Of a stretch of 64,000 bases of DNA, positions 1 to 9,540 are shown piece by piece. Source of the stretch: an uncultured Desulfospira sp. (GTDB lineage: Bacteria > Desulfobacterota > Desulfobacteria > Desulfobacterales > Desulfobacteraceae); assembly GCA_963663165.1 (NCBI GenBank), contig OY760175.1, positions 3,232,001 through 3,296,000 of the forward strand, in the 5' to 3' direction. Position 1 is the stretch's first letter; each line of letters begins with the position of its first letter. The notes beneath the pieces were generated by a model. That model was given only the letters and a program-made list of their open reading frames with translations, ran no database searches and was not told where the DNA came from. The translations under genes and the position numbers were made by a program.

Positions 1-373
1 TAACAGGCCAGAAGGATTTCAGCCACTGGATATCCCGGGTAATAAGAAAAGCATGGAAAAGGCCCACCGCCGGATAGCAGGCCATGTGGGTTTCACAGGT
101 CCGGTCTTCGGGCTGGCCGTCCATATAGGAGGAATACCAGGAACCGTCGCCATTCTGATTGGCCCCGAGCCATTCATAGGCCTTCCAGGCCGCTTGGAAA
201 TCCCCCCCGATATTCAAGCCCATGGCGGATTCCACCAGGTCCCAGGGGTCTGTTTTGCCGTTCTCATGCCAGGGGATATCCCCTGACGGGCGTTGAAGAC
301 CGGCGATCATGCCGACAACTGAGTCAATGTTCAGATCTGAAAGCGGTTTGATTATTTGCCTGCTGCAAGGCAT
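1..373 (-). CDS. Prenyltransferase/squalene-cyclase-repeat-like protein, N-terminal part (runs off window start)
   Basis: Manual translation from ATG at 373: MPCSRQIIKPLSDLNIDSVVGMIAGLQRPSGDIPWHENGKTDPWDLVESAMGL...WLGANQNGDGSWY; Qxx(D/S)GxxxW-type repeats; open to window edge. Confidence 0.6.
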   Translation of the reverse strand, partial: MPCSRQIIKPLSDLNIDSVVGMIAGLQRPSGDIPWHENGKTDPWDLVESAMGLNIGGDFQAAWKAYEWLGANQNGDGSWYSSYMDGQPEDRTCETHMACYPAVGLFHAFLITRDIQWLKSFWPV

Positions 374-476
374 GGCCTGGTCTCCAAGTTCATAATATCC
401 TCTCATTCTTTTGACAAAAGCGCTTTAACCTACCAAATCCCTCTGTTTTTTACAAGAAGTCCCGCATTTTTTATTC

Positions 477-492
477 ATGAATATATATTCAT
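477..492. promoter_or_regulatory. Perfect 16-bp palindrome ATGAATATATATTCAT, candidate operator
   Basis: Same TGAAT-N4-ATTCA core as the site at 653-666; lies in the divergent intergenic region. Confidence 0.5.
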
Positions 493-618
493 AAAGATCC
501 GCCCCGGGACAACTGCCGGATTCAGGATTCCCAATGCCCAAGCTAATTTACCTATAACTTTCTGATATATAAAATTTTTCTAACTCTAATTTAATGGATT
601 TCAATAAAAATTTTTTCC

Positions 619-666
619 TTGACAACCCGGGCTATCATCTGGTACTCAAAACTGAATGCTCATTCA
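619..666 (+). promoter_or_regulatory. Sigma70-like promoter (TTGACA at 619) followed by operator-like palindrome TGAATGCTCATTCA (653-666)
   Basis: Perfect -35, weak -10 (TACTCA at 18-bp spacing), palindrome near the predicted start site, AGGAGG RBS before ATG 705. Confidence 0.5.
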
Positions 667-704
667 TAACCGCATGAATTAAATGTTCAACTTAGGAGGT
701 AATC

Positions 705-3113
705 ATGGTAAGAAAAGTCAGAAAGGCGGCAGTCATTGGCTCTGGAATCATGGGAGGGGGGATCGCGGCCCTTCTTGCCGGCGCCGGCGTCAAAGTCCTG
801 CTCCTGGATATTGTTCCTTTTGATTTGAAAGATGAGGAAAAAAACGACCCCCAGGCCAGAAACCGACTTGTACAGGCAGGACTGGATGCAGCCCTGGCGT
901 CAAGTCCCTCTTTGTTTTTCAATAAAAAGGACGCCGGCCTGATTTCCATCGGCAACCTGGATGACGACATTGAAAAACTGTCTGAGTGCGACTGGATCAT
1001 CGAGGTTGTGGTCGAAAATCTTAACATCAAAAGAGACCTGTTCACCAAGGTGGACAAAGTCAGAAAACCCGGGGCCATTGTTACCACCAACACATCGGGC
1101 ATCCCTCTCAAAGACATCAGCGAAGGCTTTTCCAAAGAATTCAAAGAGCACTTCATGGGGACCCATTTTTTCAACCCGGTCCGTTACATGCACCTGCTGG
1201 AGCTGATCCCCGGTGAAGAAACCCTTCCTGAAATCCTGGAATTCATCGCCGGATTCGGCGAGAAAAACCTGGGCAAAGGCATTGTCTGGGCCAAAGACAC
1301 CCCGAACTTTGTGGGCAACCGGATCGGAGTCCAGGGCATTGGCGCGGTCATGAATTTTATGGCCGATGCCGGCATGTCCATTGCCGAAGTGGACGCCGTG
1401 TTCGGACCGGCCTTAGGCCGTCCCAAAACCGCTATCTTCAAGACCTGCGATCTGGTCGGCCTGGACACCATGATTCATGTGTGCAAAAACTCCTATGACC
1501 TGTGCCCGGATGACGAACAGCGGAACACCCTGATCCTGCCGGATTTTGTTGGACAGATGATGGAAATGAAGCTGCTGGGCAACAAAACCCGGGCGGGTTT
1601 CTACAAAACCGACCTGACCCCGGAGTGGAAAAAAATCAGAAAAGTCCTCAATCCGGCCACCATGGAATATGAAGATCTGACAAGACCGAGCTTCCCCTGC
1701 CTGGATGAAGCCAAAAAGAAAGCCACCCTGGCGGAAAAGGTAAAAACCGTTCTGACCGGAGACGACAAAGGCGCCAAATTTGCCTGGACCATCGCGGCCA
1801 ACAACTTCCAGTACGCCGCCTGCCGGGTGCCGGAGATCGCCGATACCGTGATTGAAATCGACAACTCCATGAAGTGGGGCTACAACTTTGAAATGGGCCC
1901 CTTTGAACTCTGGGACACCTACGGGGTGGCCCAGGCCGTGGAAAGAATGGAAGCCGAAGGCCTTGACGTTCCCGCCAATGTGAAAGACATGCTGGCCGCC
2001 GGAGCAACCTCCTTTTACAAACTGGAAAACGGCGTCAAGTACTTTTATGATTTTTCTTCAAAAGACTATAAGGCGGTGCCCGTGGGCAAAAACATGGTCT
2101 CCATCGCCGCGGCCAAGGGCAACAACAAAACCGTTATCGACAATGCCTCGGCCAGCCTGGTGGACATCGGCGACGGCGTGTTCTGCCTGGAATACCACAC
2201 CAAGATGAACGCCATCAATGAAGAGATTGTGGATACCATTGGCGCGGCCCTGGAATATGTGGACGAGAACGGCGTGGGCCTGGTCATCGGAAACGAAGCC
2301 GGCGGCATGCCCGGTGCATTTTCAGCCGGTGCGGACCTGGCCTATGTGTCCAAACTCTGCCATGACAAAAACTACGCTGAAATTGAGCATTTCCTGAAAA
2401 AAGCCCAGACCGGGGTCCAGGCCGCCAAATACGCGCCATTCCCGGTGGTGGCCGCCCCCTACGGCATGGTCCTTGGCGGAGGGTGTGAAACCTGCCTGGG
2501 GGCTGACCGCATCGTGGCCCATTCCGAACTTTACATGGGCCTGGTGGAAATCGGCGTTGGCCTGCTGCCTGCCGGCGGCGGCACCATGAACCTGTGGAAA
2601 AAATATGTCAATGCCCTGCCCGGCAAGACCGTAAAGGAAGTGGACCTGGCCAAACTCTTTGTACCGGCCTTCATGAAAATCGGCATGGCCGCGGTTTCCA
2701 TGTCCGCTGCCCAGGCCCAGGGCAACGGGTATCTTGGCCTTGCCGACCGGATCGTTTTCAACCGGGACAACCTCATCGGCGAAGCCAAAAAAGAAGTGTT
2801 GAAAATGGTGGATGACGGATATGCCCCGCCGAAAAAACAACCCCTCAAGGTTATGGGGAACGCCGGCCAGGGCATGGTCAATGCCGAGATTTTCAATATG
2901 GTGAACGGCAAGTTCATGAGCGAACACGATGCCTTCCTGGCCAAACGGATCGCATATGTCATGAGCGGCGGCGATGTCAATGTCGGCAGTGAAGTGGCCG
3001 AAGAGACCATCCTGAAGCTGGAAAGGGAAGCCTTTGTGGATTTCTGCAAAGAAGAAAAAACCATTGCCAGAATCGACCACATGCTCAAAACCGGCAAACC
3101 CCTGAGAAACTAA
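705..3113 (+). CDS. fadN: 3-hydroxyacyl-CoA dehydrogenase / enoyl-CoA hydratase, FadN-type
   Basis: GSGIMG Rossmann motif, TNTSG, HFFNP, KDTPNFVGNRIG; C-terminal crotonase domain (FSAGADL, LGGGCE, GLVEIGVGLLP). Confidence 0.92.
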   Translation: MVRKVRKAAVIGSGIMGGGIAALLAGAGVKVLLLDIVPFDLKDEEKNDPQARNRLVQAGLDAALASSPSLFFNKKDAGLISIGNLDDDIEKLSECDWIIEVVVENLNIKRDLFTKVDKVRKPGAIVTTNTSGIPLKDISEGFSKEFKEHFMGTHFFNPVRYMHLLELIPGEETLPEILEFIAGFGEKNLGKGIVWAKDTPNFVGNRIGVQGIGAVMNFMADAGMSIAEVDAVFGPALGRPKTAIFKTCDLVGLDTMIHVCKNSYDLCPDDEQRNTLILPDFVGQMMEMKLLGNKTRAGFYKTDLTPEWKKIRKVLNPATMEYEDLTRPSFPCLDEAKKKATLAEKVKTVLTGDDKGAKFAWTIAANNFQYAACRVPEIADTVIEIDNSMKWGYNFEMGPFELWDTYGVAQAVERMEAEGLDVPANVKDMLAAGATSFYKLENGVKYFYDFSSKDYKAVPVGKNMVSIAAAKGNNKTVIDNASASLVDIGDGVFCLEYHTKMNAINEEIVDTIGAALEYVDENGVGLVIGNEAGGMPGAFSAGADLAYVSKLCHDKNYAEIEHFLKKAQTGVQAAKYAPFPVVAAPYGMVLGGGCETCLGADRIVAHSELYMGLVEIGVGLLPAGGGTMNLWKKYVNALPGKTVKEVDLAKLFVPAFMKIGMAAVSMSAAQAQGNGYLGLADRIVFNRDNLIGEAKKEVLKMVDDGYAPPKKQPLKVMGNAGQGMVNAEIFNMVNGKFMSEHDAFLAKRIAYVMSGGDVNVGSEVAEETILKLEREAFVDFCKEEKTIARIDHMLKTGKPLRN

Positions 3114-3126
3114 GGAGGATATAAAA

Positions 3127-4308
3127 ATGAGAGACGCATATATTGTACAATCCATCCGGACTCCGGGCTGCAAAAACAGAAGGGGGCAGTTCAAACAGAC
3201 CCGGCCTGAAGAACTTTTATCCTTTATCATGAGGGAAGCCGTCGCCCGGACCCCGAACCTTGAACCCGAACATATTGAAGATGTCATGATCGGGTGTGCC
3301 TTCCCCGAAGCTGAACAGGGGCTCAACATCGGCCGGATCGCCGCCAAAATGGCGGGTTTCCCGGATTCGGTATCCGGCGCCACGGTCAACCGGTTCTGCG
3401 CATCAGGCCTTGAAGCCATTGTCCTGGCCGCTGCCCGGGTGCAGTTAGGCTGGTCAGACATCACCATGGGCGGCGGTGTGGAGTCCATGACCTTTGTCCC
3501 CATGGGCGGCAACATTCCCCGGCCCCATCCTGAATACTCCGTAGAAGACCCGGCCATGTACGTGTCCATGGGCATCACGGCGGAGAATGTGGCCAACCGG
3601 TACAACATTTCCAGGGAAGACCAGGACAAGTTTGCCGCCGCATCCCAGGCCAAAGCGGCCCGGGCAAGGGACAACGGGCTGTTCACGGAAATCGTCCCCA
3701 CCCCGGCTTATAAATATGTGGAGCAGGAAGACGGCACCTGGAAAAAAACCGAGTTTATTGTCAAGCATGATGACGGGATCAGAGAATCCTCCCCGGAAAG
3801 CTTAGGCAAGCTTCGGGCCGTATTTGCCGCTGGCGGTTCCGTCACCGCAGGCAACTCCTCACAGACCACGGACGGCGCGGCTGCCACCATCCTGGCGTCC
3901 AAGGAAAAATGCGATGAACTCGGCCTGACCCCTATAGCCAGACTGGTTGCCTATACCACCATCGGATGCCGGTCCGATGAAATGGGCGTGGGGCCCAGAT
4001 ATGCCATCCCCAAGGTTCTTGAACAGGCCGGCATGACCATTGATGACATTGACATTTATGAAATCAACGAGGCTTTTGCCTCCCAGGCCCTGTACTCCAT
4101 CCGGGAAATCGGCATTGAAAAATATATGGACAGCCGGATCAACATCCACGGCGGTGCCATTGCGTTAGGCCATCCTTTGGGATGCACCGGCGCCAAACTG
4201 ACCGCCACCTGCCTTGCCAACCTCAAGGAAGTCAACGGCAAATACGGTATTGTTTCCATGTGTATCGGCGGCGGCATGGGGGCTGCGGCCATATTTGAAA
4301 GGCTCTAA
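3127..4308 (+). CDS. fadA: Acetyl-CoA C-acyltransferase (thiolase)
   Basis: VNRFCASG, NEAFASQ, GGAIALGHPLG, SMCIGGGMG catalytic motifs. Confidence 0.95.
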   Translation: MRDAYIVQSIRTPGCKNRRGQFKQTRPEELLSFIMREAVARTPNLEPEHIEDVMIGCAFPEAEQGLNIGRIAAKMAGFPDSVSGATVNRFCASGLEAIVLAAARVQLGWSDITMGGGVESMTFVPMGGNIPRPHPEYSVEDPAMYVSMGITAENVANRYNISREDQDKFAAASQAKAARARDNGLFTEIVPTPAYKYVEQEDGTWKKTEFIVKHDDGIRESSPESLGKLRAVFAAGGSVTAGNSSQTTDGAAATILASKEKCDELGLTPIARLVAYTTIGCRSDEMGVGPRYAIPKVLEQAGMTIDDIDIYEINEAFASQALYSIREIGIEKYMDSRINIHGGAIALGHPLGCTGAKLTATCLANLKEVNGKYGIVSMCIGGGMGAAAIFERL

Positions 4309-4344
4309 TCCCTTTCCCCTGAATTTTTAAAATTAACTGCCATG

Positions 4345-4386
4345 CAAACGGCTTCCCCTTTTTGGGGGGGGGCCGTTTGTTTTTTC
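4345..4386 (+). terminator. Rho-independent terminator of the fad operon
   Basis: CAAACGGCTTCCCC/GGGGGGCCGTTTG hairpin followed by T-run. Confidence 0.75.
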
Positions 4387-4717
4387 TCCCGCCCTGTAAA
4401 TCCAAGCACGAGGCTGAGGAGCACCTGTTGGGGTTAATACGCCTGACATTTCAGGCCGAAACAAGCCCCAAAAGGCCCTTGTTAAATCTTGTTGAAATCC
4501 ACAAATTCCTATGTTACCTTAGGGGATCAGATTGCGCCAGGGTAGGTTTTGGTACCTTACCGAAATTTTCCTAAAATTAAAGATGTGTTATGCCGGCATC
4601 GCGGGCCTCAGGCATTGCCGAAGGGTTCCTTTACGACAGACAAGGGAAAGAGCCCTGTGAAGCAACTGGACCCCATATTGTATGTTTTAACCGAAAGGAA
4701 CTGTACGACTGACGCCG

Positions 4718-5215
4718 ATGGAAGATGAAAATAAATCAAAGCAGGAATTAATTGCTGAATTAGTGGAACTTCGCCGGGAGAACGCCCGTTTAAAAGAAAA
4801 ACTTGAGAACAGCTTGCCAGGGGGAAATGACATCCCCCCCAAAACCATTCTTGTAGTTGACGATAACCAGGAATTGTGCAGCCTTCTGGATGGCATGCTC
4901 AGGAGTTTGGGGCATATCTGCCTGGAGGCCAGGAGTACCGGCGAGGCCCTTGACGTGTTTACAGCCAATAAAGACCGCATCGACCTGGTTCTCTCAGATG
5001 TGGTCATGCCGGACGGTTCCGGCCATGAATTGACCGAAGAACTTCGCAAACTCGCCCCGGATATAAAAATCCTTTTTATGAGCGGGTACACTGAGGATGA
5101 TATTGTCCCGGACGTTATCTTTAAAATTCGTAAAGCTGACGCCGGGCTGCTTCAAAAACCCTTCACCCGCAGGGAATTAAAAGAACACATTCAACAGGTA
5201 TTTGACAAAAAATAA
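4718..5215 (+). CDS. Response regulator receiver protein with N-terminal coiled coil
   Basis: ILVVDD, LVLSDVVMP, LFMSGY, LQKPF receiver motifs. Confidence 0.85.
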   Translation: MEDENKSKQELIAELVELRRENARLKEKLENSLPGGNDIPPKTILVVDDNQELCSLLDGMLRSLGHICLEARSTGEALDVFTANKDRIDLVLSDVVMPDGSGHELTEELRKLAPDIKILFMSGYTEDDIVPDVIFKIRKADAGLLQKPFTRRELKEHIQQVFDKK

Positions 5216-5232
5216 TTTTTTCAGGCTAACCC

Positions 5233-6285
5233 ATGATAAATAATGCATACTCTGAATCCGTTGAGGAGTCGGGAACCTTCCTGAGGATCGCATTACAGCA
5301 GATATCCAGGCATAAGCTCCCTTATAATCCCATCACCTACTCCGTCTGGTATGAATTCGCAACCGGGAACAACCCGGAACTGACCGATAAAATTCATAAC
5401 CTGGAAAAAGAGCACCAAACCATTCCTTTGGACATCATTCATAAGCTGTTCAAGCAGTATATCGCCGACAACCATTTCCTGCTGGCGGAAAAAAAGATCA
5501 CTGAATTTCAAACCATCCTAAGTGAACTGACCACTTCCATGGCAAGTTCCGGCAGCGACCTGAACAGCCATGGCGGCTCCCTGGTCACCTACGCCAAAAA
5601 GCTGGGCCGGGCCACCAGCCTGGATGAAATCCCTCCCCTGTCCAAAAATATCATTTCAGCAACCAAAAATATGGTTGCTTCAGGGCAGTCCATCGCCAAG
5701 CAGATGAATGATACGGCCTCAGAAATTGAGCTGTTGAGAAAAGAGCTGGAAGGGACCAAGCAAAAGGCCAAAACAGACCCCCTGACCGGCCTTCTCAACC
5801 GGGCGGGGTTTGACGATATGATGTCCCAGGCCATGGATCAGACCAAAAGCGACGGCACCCCCCTGTGCCTGGTCATGGCGGATATCGACCATTTTAAGAA
5901 AATCAATGATACCCACGGCCACCTGATTGGGGACAATGTCTTGAAGATGCTTGCCCGTCTCATCAAGGACAATATTGACCCCACAGATACGGCCGCCCGT
6001 TTTGGCGGCGAAGAATTCATCCTGGTTCTTCCGGGAAAAACCCTGGAAGATGCCTTTAACACGGCTGAAAAAATACGCAAAAGCCTTAAAACCATGCGAT
6101 GGGTGGCCAAAGAATCCAAAAAACCCATTGGCATTGTAACCATCTCCATGGGTGCGGCCCAGTATACTGCTCAGGATTCCGTCCAGGGCCTGATCCACAG
6201 AGCCGACCAGGCCCTGTATGCGGCCAAGGAAAGCGGCCGGGACAAAACCCTTACCGAAAACGATATTGAGGCCGAAGAAGCTTAA
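5233..6285 (+). CDS. Cytoplasmic diguanylate cyclase (GGDEF)
   Basis: DPLTGLLNR, DIDHFKKINDTHGH, ARFGGEEF, ADQALYAAK. Confidence 0.92.
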   Translation: MINNAYSESVEESGTFLRIALQQISRHKLPYNPITYSVWYEFATGNNPELTDKIHNLEKEHQTIPLDIIHKLFKQYIADNHFLLAEKKITEFQTILSELTTSMASSGSDLNSHGGSLVTYAKKLGRATSLDEIPPLSKNIISATKNMVASGQSIAKQMNDTASEIELLRKELEGTKQKAKTDPLTGLLNRAGFDDMMSQAMDQTKSDGTPLCLVMADIDHFKKINDTHGHLIGDNVLKMLARLIKDNIDPTDTAARFGGEEFILVLPGKTLEDAFNTAEKIRKSLKTMRWVAKESKKPIGIVTISMGAAQYTAQDSVQGLIHRADQALYAAKESGRDKTLTENDIEAEEA

Positions 6286-6504
6286 AGCAGAAGAACCGTC
6301 TTGTGTCCCCGGCCCTGAACATCCGTGTCAGACATAATCCCCAGTGTCCGCCCCCCGGGAAACTTTTCCCGGGGGGCCGGGCTGATCAGAAGGGGTCATC
6401 TTTTCCTGCCCCCCCAATAGCTAAGAATCTCAATGGATTGAAGAAAGTCCTTCAGGATTGAGCGGCAGGGTAACCGCATTTATGAAAATACACTTCAATA
6501 AAAT

Positions 6505-6570
6505 GGACTTGGGATATGGGACTTGGGACTTGGGGATTGCAGCATCCGTGGCCTCCCCAAGTCCCAATTC
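6505..6570. repeat. Heptamer tandem-repeat hairpin (GGGACTT)n...(AAGTCCC)n
   Basis: GGACTTGGGATATGGGACTTGGGACTTGGGGA followed by TCCCCAAGTCCCAA; related element at 40738-40821. Confidence 0.6.
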
Positions 6571-6731
6571 TATACATTATTAAAGCTGCTAACGCCCTCC
6601 ATATCATGCCGGATTACAAATGCGGTGCCCCTTGCATTGAGCGGATGTTAAGGTTGTCACCTTTATTCCAAACTGTTAAGAATAATAAAGGCAGCATCTT
6701 CAAAAAAACGCGGGGGAGGGGCAACATTGTT

Positions 6732-7859
6732 ATGAAAAGTCCATTGTGGCAACGTGTATTCAAACCGGCCCCGGTTGATGCAGGCACTTTAGAAGGCAGC
6801 GAAATCCTGAGAAAACAGGTCATGCTGTATATCCTTTCCCTGCTTGGCATCTTCTTTCTTCTGGTCATGAGCACCTGGCTGTATTCAGAAAAATCGTATT
6901 TTTATGTTTTTCTGGACCTGGCTTTCGCCTGTTTTCTACTGGTTCTCTTTTTTCTTGTCAGAACCGGGAAGAATTTACAATTATACAGCAAAATAAGTAT
7001 TCTGGCGCTTCAGCTGTTTTTCATGTTTATATTCCATACCGGGGCCGGCAACCAGATGGCGTTCGTATGGTATTATCTATTTCCCCTGGTGGCGCTCTTT
7101 CTTCTGGGTATCCGTCTGGGGTCCATCCTTTCCTTATCCATGATTGGAATTTCAGCTCTGCTGAATGCCGCGTCTGATTTTCTTCCGGGCATTGTCCCTT
7201 TTTCGTCTCAAATGTTTGTTCGGATTCTCTTCAGTTACATGGGGGTGTTCCTTTTTGCATTTGCTTTTGAAAAAACCAGGCAAACGGTTCAGGAAAAACT
7301 GTCAAAAATGATGGAACAGCTCAATGAACTGGCCATCCGGGACAAGCTCACCGGACTTTATAACCGTCGGTATATGGATGAAATTATTTTTCAGATTCTT
7401 AATCAATGCAGCCGTTCAGGACTGACCGTTGCGTTTATCATGGCGGACCTTGATTATTTCAAAAAATATAACGATACTTACGGTCACCAGCAGGGGGACA
7501 AACTGCTTGAGGCATTCTCAAACCTGCTGCTTTCTCTTGTCCGGCGGCAGACCGATTTTGCATTCCGTTACGGCGGGGAGGAGTTCGGCATATTTCTTTC
7601 GGCGACTTCATTAAACACAGCTGAGAATTTAGCCGAAAGCATTGTCAAGGAAACGCCGAATCTGCCGTTTATCCATGCAAAGAATCCATCCGGGAAAGTG
7701 ACGGTCTCAGTGGGGATGGTTTGTGTGGAATCTCCCGATAAAATAACGATTCAAGAGTTAATTCATCAGGCAGATCAGGCCCTTTACCAGGCAAAGGAAT
7801 CGGGCAGAAACCGGTTTGTAAGCAAATTTTGTAACTATTCAGCTAATGCTGAAAACTAA
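6732..7859 (+). CDS. Membrane-bound diguanylate cyclase; last codons supplied by a MITE
   Basis: About 6 hydrophobic segments, then DKLTGLYNRR, DLDYFKKYND, FRYGGEEF; ATG 6732 follows a G-rich RBS; pre-insertion stop would be 8013. Confidence 0.88.
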   Translation: MKSPLWQRVFKPAPVDAGTLEGSEILRKQVMLYILSLLGIFFLLVMSTWLYSEKSYFYVFLDLAFACFLLVLFFLVRTGKNLQLYSKISILALQLFFMFIFHTGAGNQMAFVWYYLFPLVALFLLGIRLGSILSLSMIGISALLNAASDFLPGIVPFSSQMFVRILFSYMGVFLFAFAFEKTRQTVQEKLSKMMEQLNELAIRDKLTGLYNRRYMDEIIFQILNQCSRSGLTVAFIMADLDYFKKYNDTYGHQQGDKLLEAFSNLLLSLVRRQTDFAFRYGGEEFGIFLSATSLNTAENLAESIVKETPNLPFIHAKNPSGKVTVSVGMVCVESPDKITIQELIHQADQALYQAKESGRNRFVSKFCNYSANAEN

Positions 7860-7982
7860 GCAAAACAAGGGTCCGTAACTGTTCATCAGTGCTTCATATT
7901 TGTTTAGTCAGGCCTTCGTAGCATACTGTTGCTATGTGAGAAGGCCTGAATGAGCGAAGATGGGGCACTGCTGAACAGTTAC
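7831..7982 (+). mobile_element. 152-bp MITE, copy 1
   Basis: TIRs GTAACTATTCAGC / GCTGAACAGTTAC; 8-bp TSD CAAATTTT (7823-7830, 7983-7990); identical to the copies at 33417 and 56742. Confidence 0.95.
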
Positions 7983-8022
7983 CAAATTTTTATCCGATGG
8001 GGTAGAACAATAGCTTAAGACA

Positions 8023-9540
8023 CTATCCCCCCGCCATATGATCTGCAATCCGTTTTGACACCTCCATATTGGGGACAATCCCATTGGTGAAAAGCTGTAC
8101 CCCCCTGGTTATTTCACCGACGGCATAAAGCCCCGGGGTGCTTCTCCCCTTGCCGTTCCGGACTTCACTTGACTGGAAGTCGGCATGAATCCCCCCGTTG
8201 GGATGGGGCTCAATCAGGCCCTTGTGCAGCAGTCGTTTTATTAACGGACTCTTAAACTTAGTAACGTCCAGTCCCTGGCCAATGGCATTAATGATATAAG
8301 GTGTCTTTATGGTATAGGTCAGACCGAACCGGGTGCTGATATCTATTTCAAAATTTTTTTCACCGCATGCCCTGACACACCGGCATCCGGACAGGATATC
8401 CAGCTGTCCCGATTCCAGAGCCTTTAAAATCTTTTGGGCATTGCCCAGGGGCATGGGATGCCGGTATACGGTCCACAATGTTTTAAATTCCCGGTCAAAC
8501 CGCATTTTGTCATCACTGGACATGCTGTTCCATAAAATGCCGGTTACCTGGGCTGACGCCGTCAGGGCCGCCTGGTAGGCAATAACGCCGGACCGGGCTT
8601 TTGAAATATCTTTTTCAAGGATTTGGGCCGGCGATCCGGTGGGGTTTAAGATATCGAGCCAATGATCCCTTATATTTTCGGCCTCCTCCAGCTCTCTGAA
8701 AAACAACCCCTTTACCTGATCAAAGGAGAGTCTGCCGCCGGGGGCTTTAGACAGAATCCGGCGGACATGGTCTTTATTCAGATATTTCAAGTCATAATCC
8801 GAAGGCGCTCCCTGGACCTTGGGCAGAAACCCCCGCCGTGATACAAAGTTAATCTTCCCCCTGTGATCGTTTGCCGTTAAGGTAAAAAGGGTGTCAATGG
8901 CACTTAAGCCCGAGCCGAGGATGCATACCGGCACATCTTTGGGAATGGAATCAACAATCCGGGAAACAGGCCATGGATAGGGGATATACCCTTTTATACG
9001 GTTTAATTCTTCAAAAAATGATGTGGGAAAATTCCCGGGGGCAAGGACCACCTTGTCCGCATCAATGACCTTTCCATCGGCGGTTCTGACCTGAAAGGAC
9101 GAGCCCTGGTGATCAAGGTCCACCACCTCTGCCCGGACCAGATGAAGGGCACCGGAAACAGAGGCCGCCCGTTTGATTGTGAAATCCAGGATGTGCCGGA
9201 TATAGGTGCCGTAGACATGCCTTGAGGGATAGTTCACACGGTCCCCTTCAGGGTCCATTGGACCCAAAAGAGCCGGGTCCTGCCGTTCAAGCCATTTGGG
9301 GAAATCCATGGGGTCGCCGCCATTCATGACGCCGAGCGTATCGGCCCTCATATTCAATATATGGGAGGGCAGCGGGGTGCTGTAGGCAAGTCCCGGCCCG
9401 AAATCGTCTCCTTTTTCAATCAGATAAACGGTGAATGCCGGCCCGGAGCCATCATGGGCATTTTCGATGATCTGGTGGGCCAATATGGTTCCGCTGGCAC
9501 CGGAACCGATTATCGCAACAGTTTTCTTTCCTGAGTTCAT
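8023..9540 (-). CDS. FAD/NAD(P)-binding protein (YdhS-like)
   Basis: VAIIGSGASG, GPGLAY, HILN, ILGSGLSAID, SRRGFLP, LYAVGEITRG; start may be 9540 or 9558. Confidence 0.75.
   Translation of the reverse strand: MNSGKKTVAIIGSGASGTILAHQIIENAHDGSGPAFTVYLIEKGDDFGPGLAYSTPLPSHILNMRADTLGVMNGGDPMDFPKWLERQDPALLGPMDPEGDRVNYPSRHVYGTYIRHILDFTIKRAASVSGALHLVRAEVVDLDHQGSSFQVRTADGKVIDADKVVLAPGNFPTSFFEELNRIKGYIPYPWPVSRIVDSIPKDVPVCILGSGLSAIDTLFTLTANDHRGKINFVSRRGFLPKVQGAPSDYDLKYLNKDHVRRILSKAPGGRLSFDQVKGLFFRELEEAENIRDHWLDILNPTGSPAQILEKDISKARSGVIAYQAALTASAQVTGILWNSMSSDDKMRFDREFKTLWTVYRHPMPLGNAQKILKALESGQLDILSGCRCVRACGEKNFEIDISTRFGLTYTIKTPYIINAIGQGLDVTKFKSPLIKRLLHKGLIEPHPNGGIHADFQSSEVRNGKGRSTPGLYAVGEITRGVQLFTNGIVPNMEVSKRIADHMAGG

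Noticed and set aside
2322..3701. 459-aa antisense ORF (and similar long shadow ORFs such as 31140-32309, 10866-11762, 53954-54832)
   Set aside because: They lie opposite well-supported genes and are explained by GC-rich codon bias
4405..4480. TPP riboswitch-like words (GCTGAG, GGTTAATAC)
   Set aside because: The CCTGAT and AGCGTAGGGA core elements are missing and no thiamine gene follows
6438..6480. RNase P RNA-like GAAAGTCC
   Set aside because: The remaining conserved regions are absent and there is not enough space
7831..7859. ANAEN tail as a tmRNA tag remnant
   Set aside because: Only a short resemblance to ANDEN; it lacks the hydrophobic/AA ending and any tRNA-like domain
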